This document shows positions 57,564-64,000 of a DNA stretch of 64,000 nt, piece by piece. The notes beneath the pieces are model-generated. The model worked only from the letters and a program-made list of their open reading frames with translations, was not told where the DNA came from and did no database searches. How positions within the stretch are numbered: position 1 is the first letter of the stretch; each line of letters opens with the position of its first letter. The translations under genes were made by a program, and so were the position numbers. Origin of the DNA: an uncultured Chloroflexia bacterium (GTDB lineage: Bacteria; Chloroflexota; Anaerolineae; B4-G1; SLSP01); the NCBI GenBank assembly GCA_963751345.1, contig CAVVUS010000014.1, forward strand, positions 212,601-276,600. Direction: 5' to 3'.

Positions 57564-57710
57564 TCCGCGTAAGCGGGTGCCCGTGGGATGGCTTGCTCAC
57601 GCCTCAGAATCTGCTATCGTTCACAGGATTCCAACAGAGGCGGACCCAAATGTCCACCAAGGAGCCTGACGTTCGTCCAACAATGTAGGCCGTTAACACC
57701 AGCACATCTT

Positions 57711-58464
57711 GTGAGATTAGAGCCCTTGACCACCCGCATCATCATCCCAACCTATAACGAACGAGAGAACATCGCGCCGCTCGTCGAGCGGCTGCTCGCC
57801 CAACCCGTAGACATCGGCGTGATCGTCGTCGACGACGCCTCCCCCGACGGCACCGGCGAGATCGCCGACCGGCTGGCGGCGCAGCACGACGGGCGCGTCC
57901 AGGTGATCCACCGCGAGGGCAAGCTCGGCCTCGGCACCGCCTACATCGCCGGGTTCCGCCGAGCGATTGCGGAGGGCGCCGACTTCGCCATCACGATGGA
58001 CGCCGACTTCTCCCACCCGCCCGAGAAGGTCCCCGAGCTGCTCGCCAAAGCCCGGGACGGCTACGACCTGGTCATCGGCAGCCGCTACGTGCCGGGGGGT
58101 CGCGCGGTCGAGTGCACCCTGCCTCGCAAGATGCTGAGTTGGGGCGCCAACGCCTTCGCGCGCGATCTTGTTGGGCCTCAAGGCCCACGACACCACCGCC
58201 GGCTTCCGCTGCTACCGCGGCGAGGTCCTGGCCTCCATTGCGCTCGAACAGATCTTCTCCGATGGCTACTCCTTTCTGATGGAGATGCTCTACAAGGTGC
58301 AGCGAGCGGGCTGGCGCGTCGGCGAGGTCCCCATCGTCTTTCATAACCGCCAGCAGGGCGTCTCCAAGATCTCGCGAACCGAAGTATATAAGGCGCTCTA
58401 CACCGTCTTGCGTCTCTTCAAGTCGCGGGTGTTCCCCACGTCGAGCGCCCCCCCACCCGCATGA
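57711..58464 (+). CDS. polyprenol/dolichol-phosphate mannosyltransferase-like GT2 (Dpm1-like), frame interrupted near 58157-58164
   Basis: From GTG 57711 it reads [20 protein letters not shown]...[14 protein letters not shown]...[10 protein letters not shown]...GSRYVPGG...ANAFAR. After removing one G from GCGCGCGATC the next frame continues [18 protein letters not shown]...YSFLMEMLY...[14 protein letters not shown]. Confidence 0.8.
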
Positions 58465-59438
58465 TGTACACCCGCTGCAACCTCTGCGGTGCCGACGATG
58501 CCGTGGAGATCATTCCCTCCACCCTGGATCCGGAGGGAAAGAGCGAAAGTCCTCCTCGTGACCGCGCCAGACAGGGCAATTGGTCCGCCTACGCCTGCAC
58601 GAGCGGCGGCTATGGCCTGCACGGCCCCATCGTCAAGTGCCGGCGGTGTGGTCTCGTCTACGTGGCGCCGCGGCCCAACCACGACGACGTGGTCGGTATC
58701 TACACCGCCGTCAAGGACCCCCTCTACGTCGCCGAGCGCGCCGGGCGTGTGCTGACCTTCGAACACCACCTGAGACCTATGGAACGCTTCACCGGCCCTG
58801 CGGATGGACGCCGGCTGCTGGACGTCGGGGCCTATACCGGCGTCTTCGTCGAGATCGCATCCGACCACGGATGGAACGCGTGGGGCGTCGAGCCCAGCGC
58901 GTGGGCCGTGGCCGAGGCTCGCAGTCAAGGGTTACAGATGGTGCTCGGCACCCTGGAGGATGCGGACGTCGGCGAGGGCGGACCCCTCGCACACGGTAGC
59001 TTCAGCGTCGTGACGATGTGGGACGTGATCGAGCACGTCGCCGATCCCCTGGCCACGCTGCAAGCAGCCTGGCATGCGCTCAAGCCGGGGGGCTATCTGG
59101 TGGTGCACACGATGGATCTCGATAGCTTCTTCGCGCGACTGATGGGCAGTCGCTGGCCGTGGTTCATGGAGATGCACCTCACGTACTTTACGCGAAGCAC
59201 CTTGCGGCACATGCTGGAAGCGGCGGGATTCACCGTCTTCTGGATGGGCGCCCAGGGCCGCTATCTACATGCGGGCTACCTGGCAAGCAGGGTCACCGCG
59301 CTGTTTCGCCGGTCCCCCGTCACCCGCCTCCTCGGCCCCTCGCTGGAGTGGGCCGTCAACATGACGAAGCTATCCAACCTGCCCCTGCGCGTCAACCTGG
59401 GCGACCTCTTCACGACCTACGCACGCAAACCAACCTGA
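58461..59438 (+). CDS. class I SAM-dependent methyltransferase with an N-terminal Zn-ribbon
   Basis: 325 aa. The ribbon is CNLCGADD...CRRCGLVY and motif I is RLLDVGAYTGVF. The ATG overlaps the upstream stop (ATGA). Confidence 0.8.
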   Translation: MMYTRCNLCGADDAVEIIPSTLDPEGKSESPPRDRARQGNWSAYACTSGGYGLHGPIVKCRRCGLVYVAPRPNHDDVVGIYTAVKDPLYVAERAGRVLTFEHHLRPMERFTGPADGRRLLDVGAYTGVFVEIASDHGWNAWGVEPSAWAVAEARSQGLQMVLGTLEDADVGEGGPLAHGSFSVVTMWDVIEHVADPLATLQAAWHALKPGGYLVVHTMDLDSFFARLMGSRWPWFMEMHLTYFTRSTLRHMLEAAGFTVFWMGAQGRYLHAGYLASRVTALFRRSPVTRLLGPSLEWAVNMTKLSNLPLRVNLGDLFTTYARKPT

Positions 59439-59549
59439 ATTCCAACGCGAACCACCGATTCCGGCTCGCCCGGCCTGCTATGCTGAGAGTGAGGAAGTCT
59501 AGGGCAAGATCATCCGCTGCTTGCAGGCGACAGGGAAGCGGAGAGGACT

Positions 59550-59960
59550 ATGGATAAGGTCATTGTTCAGCAAAACCGAGAGTTTCAGGTAGCATTCCGG
59601 GCGCAGAGTGAGGAGGAAGAGGAGCTTCACGAGGTCGCGCATATCTACGAGCTTTCCCCCTACACGATGATGCTGGCGAGCTTGGGCGTGTGCACGACCA
59701 TTGTGATGCACACATATGCGCAGCACCACGGGGTCGATCTCGACCTGGTGCAGGCAACCGTCACCTATCATCGCAAAGAGCACGAGGACGCGCAGGGAGA
59801 CCAACCCTTCGATGAATGGATCGAGGAGGAGCTCTCAATGGAGGGCGACCTGACCGATGCTCAATACGAACGCCTGGGACACGTTGGCCACGCCTGTTCC
59901 ATCCGCAAGATGCTGGAATCGGGCATCGAGGTGAGATCCAGGCTCGCAGAACCCGCGTGA
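59550..59960 (+). CDS. OsmC/Ohr-family protein
   Basis: 136 aa. LSPYTMMLASLGVCTTIVMHTYA ... CSIRKML, the two-Cys OsmC pattern. Confidence 0.7.
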   Translation: MDKVIVQQNREFQVAFRAQSEEEEELHEVAHIYELSPYTMMLASLGVCTTIVMHTYAQHHGVDLDLVQATVTYHRKEHEDAQGDQPFDEWIEEELSMEGDLTDAQYERLGHVGHACSIRKMLESGIEVRSRLAEPA

Positions 59961-60073
59961 GAAGGAAACCTTGCGAAGATGACGAAGGCTCGTGCTAGCG
60001 AAGGTAGCGTTCGTAAGCGAACGACACCTAGTTTCTGACGAAGCCGCGCTAACCTGCGCAAGGTTCGCCCGGT

Positions 60074-60102
60074 TTGGCGAAATCGCCAGAGGCTGGTAGA
60101 AT
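60074..60102 (+). promoter_or_regulatory. promoter candidate TTGGCG-N17-TAGAAT (CTGGTAGAAT)
   Basis: TTGGCG lies at 60074-60079 and TAGAAT at 60097-60102. The palindrome AACCTGCGCAAGGTT lies just upstream at 60051-60065. Confidence 0.4.
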
Positions 60103-60105
60103 AGT

Positions 60106-60136
60106 GACGGCTCCAGTAGGAGCCGTCTTTCTTGTT
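60106..60136 (+). terminator. terminator-like hairpin with T-tract, either in the AKR leader or ending the OsmC transcript
   Basis: GACGGCTCC-agta-GGAGCCGTC followed by TTTCTTGTT. The downstream GGCTCC can pair alternatively with GGAGCC. Confidence 0.55.
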
Positions 60137-60181
60137 AGGCTCCACAGGAGTCCCAATAACGTTACAGAGGGGGAAATGTAG

Positions 60182-61297
60182 ATGATCTACCGTACATTAG
60201 GGCGGACTGGACTTAAGGTCTCACAGTTGGGCTTTGGCGCTATGCGCCTGCCGATGACCGAGGTGGACGGCAAGAAAGTCGTCGATCGCGAGTTATCCAC
60301 GCCCATGATCCACCGGGCCTTCGAGGCCGGCCTCAACTACATCGACACCGCCGTGGGCTACTGCGACGAGGATAGCCAGCGGGCCGTCGGCGCCGCCCTC
60401 AAGGGCTGGCGTGACAAGATCGTGGTTTCGACCAAGAACCATTACTACGGTGAGGACGAAAGCGAGTGGTGGGCCCACCTGGAGCATAGCCTGGAGCGTC
60501 TTGACGTCGACTACATCGACATCTACAACCATCATGGCATCAACTGGGAGCGCTACGAGAACAACGTCGAGCCCCGGGTCAGCAAGTGGATGCTGAAAGC
60601 CAAGGACCAGGGACTCATCAGGCACATCTGCACCTCGTTCCACGACAGCAACGAGGCCCTGATGAAGCTGGTGGATACCGGATATGTCGAGTCCATCACG
60701 CTGCAGTACAACCTGCTCTACCGCGACCTCGAAGAAGGCATCGCCTACGCCAAGGAGAATAACGTCGGCGTGGTCGTGATGGGCCCCGTCGCCGGCGGCC
60801 GCCTGGCCGGACCTTCCGACGTGCTGACCGGCCTCGTCCCGGGCATCGAGCGCGTGCCTGAGCTGGCGCTGCGTTTCGTGCTGTCCAACCCCAACGTCAC
60901 CGTTGCCCTGTCCGGCATGGGCACCATGCAGATGGTGGAGGAGAATACGGCCATCGCAGCAGACGCGATCAGCCTGACCGCAGACGAGCGCGCAAACATC
61001 GAGACGCACGTCCAGCGGCTGGTGGAGATGGAGAAGCTCTACTGCACAGGCTGCAAGTACTGCCAACCGTGTCCCCAGGAGGTCAATATCCCCCACATCT
61101 TCGAGCAGTACAACCTGGGCAAAGTCTACGGACTGTGGACCGTGGCCAAGGACAACTACGCCAAGTTCCCCGACCAGCGATGGATTGGCGGCAAGCAGGC
61201 CGACGCGTGTATCGAATGCGGCGAGTGCGAGGACAAGTGCCCGCAGCACATCGAGATCCGCGAGCAGCTCAAGGCAGCCCACGCCGCTCTAGCATAA
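60182..61297 (+). CDS. aldo/keto reductase fused to a C-terminal 4Fe-4S ferredoxin domain
   Basis: 371 aa. The AKR N-terminus is GRTGLKVSQLGFGAMRL...NYIDTA. The C-terminal Cys motifs are CTGCKYCQPCP and CIECGECEDKCP. Confidence 0.88.
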   Translation: MIYRTLGRTGLKVSQLGFGAMRLPMTEVDGKKVVDRELSTPMIHRAFEAGLNYIDTAVGYCDEDSQRAVGAALKGWRDKIVVSTKNHYYGEDESEWWAHLEHSLERLDVDYIDIYNHHGINWERYENNVEPRVSKWMLKAKDQGLIRHICTSFHDSNEALMKLVDTGYVESITLQYNLLYRDLEEGIAYAKENNVGVVVMGPVAGGRLAGPSDVLTGLVPGIERVPELALRFVLSNPNVTVALSGMGTMQMVEENTAIAADAISLTADERANIETHVQRLVEMEKLYCTGCKYCQPCPQEVNIPHIFEQYNLGKVYGLWTVAKDNYAKFPDQRWIGGKQADACIECGECEDKCPQHIEIREQLKAAHAALA

Positions 61298-61304
61298 TTC
61301 CCGC

Positions 61305-61374
61305 AACCTTGCGAAGGTGGCCCGAGCCCCGACAGACGACCGTCGGGGACTCGGGCTTGAACCTTCGCGAGGTT
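61305..61374. terminator. long composite hairpin after the AKR gene, capped by two AACCTT..AAGGTT motifs
   Basis: The inner stem is GCCCGAGCCCCGAC / GTCGGGG(A)CTCGGGC. The outer arms are AACCTTGCGAAGGT (61305-61318) and AACCTTCGCGAGGTT (61360-74), which are near reverse complements. Confidence 0.6.
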
Positions 61375-61433
61375 TAGCACCTTCCTAGTGCATTAGCATA
61401 GTACCTCTTCGTGATAAGCGCCTGAGGCGCATG

Positions 61434-61495
61434 TTCCAGGCGGATCTGTGATCCGCCGTCTGCACGGAGACGACGGATCACAGATCCGCCTGGAA
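61434..61495. repeat. 27-bp inverted repeat (26/27) with an 8-nt spacer; each arm is itself a palindrome
   Basis: The arms are TTCCAGGCGGATCTGTGATCCGCCGTC and GACGACGGATCACAGATCCGCCTGGAA, separated by tgcacgga. Inside the arms, GGCGGATC-tgt-GATCCGCC is palindromic. The element carries four GATC sites. Confidence 0.9.
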
Positions 61496-61536
61496 CGAGG
61501 TCAGGATCTCTCCCGAAAAGCTCCCTTGACTTTGCA

Positions 61537-62838
61537 CTAGTCGAAAAACATCACCTTCACGTGCGCCCCGGCCGGAGCGTTGGACCAATCTTCTGGGATG
61601 ATTGCCAGGCCATTCGCTCTGACCATCGAGTTGAGAATGCCCGACCCCTGCTCACCCGTCAGGCTCGCGTGATAGATCCCGTCCCCAGCAACCTGGGCCC
61701 CAGGCTGCTGGCGCTCGCCAGGCTGCTGGCGCTCGATCCGCACGCGCACGTAGTGGCGGCGGTCGTCCTTGGATAGGATCGGGTCGTCAAGGATAGCGTC
61801 GAACATCGGCCGGCTCAAGTCCTTGTAGCCGAGCATCGTCAGGATCGCGGGCCGGACGAAGAGCTCAAACGAGACCATCGCCGAGACGGGATTCCCCGGC
61901 ATGCCCAGCACCGGGACGGTACGGGTGACACCACCGACATCTGCCGTAATCTTGCCGAACGCCAGGGGCTTGCCCGGCTTCATCCGCACGCGCCAGAACG
62001 TCATCTCGCCCTCGGCGATCAGCACCTGCTTCACTACGTCAAAATCACCTACCGACACGCCGCCGGAGGTGAGCAGCAGGTCAGCCCCCATCTCCAACCC
62101 CTGTCGGATCTTGTCTGTAAGGTCGCCGATGCTATCCTGCGCGATGCCCAGCATCAGTGGCTCCCCACCGTACTTCAACACCTGCGCTGCATTCGAGTAG
62201 CCGTTGGCATTGCGGATCTTCCCGGGCGTCAGCGGCGCATCGATGTCGACAAGCTCATCTCCCGTGGCCAAAATCGCCACGCGAGGCCGCCGGATCGCCT
62301 TGATCTGCGAATAGCCCAGCGCCGCCAGCATTCCGATCTCCTGGGGTCGCAAGCGCGCACCCGCGGAGAGCACCTGTGTCCCCTCGCGCACATCCTCCCC
62401 TGCGAAGCGCACGTTCTTCCCCACGGCCATCTCGGCGAAGAGTGCCACCTGGTCCCCTTCTTGCTGCGTCTCCTCGAAAGGTATCACCGCATCGGCCCCG
62501 TCAGGCATCGGCGCGCCCGTCATGATACGGATCGCCGTTCCCGAGGTTACCTCCGCCTCGGCCATATAGCCTGCGGCCAGGTTCTCTATGACGCGCAGCG
62601 TTCTGGGAGAGTCGGACGTGGCACCGGCGGTATCTGCGGCGATGACGGCATAGCCATCCATCGCGGTGTTTGCATGAGGGGGGATGTCCCCCCGGGCATA
62701 GGCGTCCTCGGCCAGTACACGCCCCAGGGCCTCCAAGATCGGCACCTGTTCCGCCTCCAGCGGGTGAAACGCGCCCAGCACCCGCTCCAACGCCCGCTCA
62801 ACGCTCAACATCGGGTACAACTCGTGGTGGTGTCTCAT
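61537..62838 (-). CDS. moeA: molybdopterin molybdotransferase MoeA with an ERQQPG tandem repeat
   Basis: From ATG 62838 it reads [21 protein letters not shown]...TAMDGYAV...GDELV...[13 protein letters not shown]...MKPGKPL...PGNPVSA. The ORF track extends the frame upstream into moaE-coding sequence with no stop codon. Confidence 0.9.
   Translation of the reverse strand: MRHHHELYPMLSVERALERVLGAFHPLEAEQVPILEALGRVLAEDAYARGDIPPHANTAMDGYAVIAADTAGATSDSPRTLRVIENLAAGYMAEAEVTSGTAIRIMTGAPMPDGADAVIPFEETQQEGDQVALFAEMAVGKNVRFAGEDVREGTQVLSAGARLRPQEIGMLAALGYSQIKAIRRPRVAILATGDELVDIDAPLTPGKIRNANGYSNAAQVLKYGGEPLMLGIAQDSIGDLTDKIRQGLEMGADLLLTSGGVSVGDFDVVKQVLIAEGEMTFWRVRMKPGKPLAFGKITADVGGVTRTVPVLGMPGNPVSAMVSFELFVRPAILTMLGYKDLSRPMFDAILDDPILSKDDRRHYVRVRIERQQPGERQQPGAQVAGDGIYHASLTGEQGSGILNSMVRANGLAIIPEDWSNAPAGAHVKVMFFD
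61701..61736 (-). repeat. 18-bp tandem repeat (2 copies) in frame in moeA, sharing a 15-mer with the apbE repeat
   Basis: The copies are CAGGCTGCTGGCGCTCGC and CAGGCTGCTGGCGCTCGA. The core CTGCTGGCGCTCGCC is identical to the apbE unit at 36687-36753. Confidence 0.9.
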
Positions 62839-63290
62839 AGCTCGCTTTTCCACTCCGCCTCCAGTTGGCCCGCCTTCACCGACCCAGACTTCCTTCTTCC
62901 AGATGGGGGCGATCTCCTTCAAACGATCGATCGCATAGCGCAGCGCGTCGAACGTGTCCCGCCGGTGCGCCGCCGCCAATGCAATCACGACGGCCGTCTC
63001 GCCAATCTCCAGATCGACCCACCCGATGGAGGATGGCCGCATCCCGGATGTCGGGCCACCGCTCACGCACCTCATCTGCGATCTGCCGTCAACACTTGCA
63101 CCGCCATCTCCGGATAGGCCTCGTACTCCAGGTAACGCACTTCGCGCCCGTCCGTTTCGCCGCGCACCACGCCCACAAACGTAACCACGGCACCAACGGC
63201 AGGGACGACGAGCCGCGAGATGACCTCGTCGACGGTGAGCACCTGGTCCGTGACCGCGAACCTTCGATCCCGTACATCCCCTCCGGCCAT
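62839..63290 (-). CDS. moaE: molybdopterin synthase catalytic subunit MoaE, split over three frames by two single-nt insertions and lacking its own stop
   Basis: Frame A (63072..63305) reads [32 protein letters not shown]. Frame B (62876..63070) reads [24 protein letters not shown]. Frame C, continuous with moeA, reads [43 protein letters not shown]. The breaks are near 63085-63088 and 63012-63015. Confidence 0.8.
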
Positions 63291-63294
63291 CACT

Positions 63295-63534
63295 TTACCC
63301 ACCACCCACCGGAGGGATCACAGCGACCTCGTCCGACTCGTGGAGACGCTGCTCCAGTGGCGCGTACGCCGCATTCACTGCAAAGCGCAACTTCAGGGCC
63401 TCCAAACTCGGGTAATGCCGGAAAAGGGCATCCTGCAGGTCCGCCAACGTATCCCCGTCGGTGAGATCGTGTTCGATCTCCGAGGCGCCTGCCAACTCCC
63501 TGGAAAACGCGAAGAATCGCACTTTAACCTTCAT
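63295..63534 (-). CDS. moaD: molybdopterin synthase sulfur carrier MoaD
   Basis: MKVKVRFFAFSRELAG...DEVAVIPPVGGG, with the ubiquitin-like fold signature and C-terminal GG. I prefer the ATG at 63534 over the track start at 63570. Confidence 0.85.
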   Translation of the reverse strand: MKVKVRFFAFSRELAGASEIEHDLTDGDTLADLQDALFRHYPSLEALKLRFAVNAAYAPLEQRLHESDEVAVIPPVGGG

Positions 63535-63573
63535 GTTGTACTCCATCCTCGTTGTGGAAAACCTTGCCAAGGT

Positions 63574-64000
63574 TCAAGCCCCAGTCTGCTCGGACGCCTT
63601 CGCAAGGTCAATAGCCCACGTCCCGCTCTTGCCGCCTTCCTTGCGAACGAGGCGTATGTTTGTGATTTGCATCGTCTTCTCGACGGCCTTTGCCATATCG
63701 TAGATCGTCAGTGCCGCCACGCTGACCGCGGTCAAGGCCTCCATCTCCACCCCGGTCTTGCCCCGCGTGCGTACAGTCGCCGTGATCCCGATGCGTGCAC
63801 GCCCAGTCTGCTGGGCGCGCCGTCCGAGGCGCGAGGCCTCCTCGTCAATCTCAAAAGTGACATCGATCTTGGTGAGTGCCAGCGGATGGCAGAGCGGGAT
63901 CAGATCGGCCGTATGCTTGGCCGCCATTATCCCCGCAATCTGGGCAGTCGTCAGGACGTCGCCTTTCGGCACACCCTCGGTCGCGATAAGGTGCAGCGTT
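63574..64000 (-). CDS. moaC: cyclic pyranopterin monophosphate synthase MoaC (N-terminus beyond the window end)
   Basis: [36 protein letters not shown]...[20 protein letters not shown]. The frame stays open upstream of the track's GTG (..[13 protein letters not shown]) to base 64000. Confidence 0.9.
   Translation of the reverse strand, partial: TLHLIATEGVPKGDVLTTAQIAGIMAAKHTADLIPLCHPLALTKIDVTFEIDEEASRLGRRAQQTGRARIGITATVRTRGKTGVEMEALTAVSVAALTIYDMAKAVEKTMQITNIRLVRKEGGKSGTWAIDLAKASEQTGA

Noticed and set aside
62876-63305. ORFs 63072..63305 and 62876..63070 treated as separate small genes.
   Set aside because: Together with the 5' extension of the moeA ORF, they are consecutive pieces of a single MoaE sequence.

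Overview
High-GC (about 60-65% by eye) bacterial chromosomal segment. The gene content fits a Chloroflexota-like organism, but that is inference only. I count about 60 protein genes and one tRNA-Thr(CGU), and no rRNA, CRISPR, transposase or integrase.

Gene order, left to right:
- sulfotransferase, bifunctional ATP-sulfurylase/APS-kinase, and phosphoglucomutase
- translin-DUF3467 pair next to ssb
- a 13-kb minus-strand array of 11 co-directional genes: PATAN/DUF4388, CvnD-like GTPase, alpha/beta hydrolase, V4R, LbH protein, REC-GGDEF-like regulator, 1506-aa multi-GAF hybrid kinase, CheY-like receiver, a second alpha/beta hydrolase lacking its serine, amidase, and a GH-like/M23 fusion
- recN
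- archaeal-style mevalonate entry operon: class II HMG-CoA reductase, HMG-CoA synthase, thiolase, DUF35
- esterase, Fe-S protein, MFS and MBL genes
- a translationally coupled operon: coiled-coil protein, small SGAT-motif protein, ApbE, ferric-reductase-like TM protein, OmpR-type two-component system
- prsW, rny, recX, tRNA-Thr, udk
- a roughly 14-kb glycan export and modification locus (wzx, wzm, wzt, glycosyltransferases, methyltransferases) whose centre is visibly lower in GC
- Dpm1-like synthase, OsmC, an AKR-ferredoxin fusion, and moaC-moaD-moaE-moeA

Structure not explained by genes:
- a dispersed repeat family with strict 8-bp CGT/AACGT periodicity
- an 18-bp in-frame tandem repeat sharing a 15-mer between apbE and moeA
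- an AACCTT..AAGGTT palindrome family and nested inverted repeats around 60-63.6 kb
- terminator-like hairpins sitting between predicted promoters and start codons
- at least 20 single-nucleotide frame disruptions, all confined to the right-hand 25 kb; these may be sequencing error rather than biology
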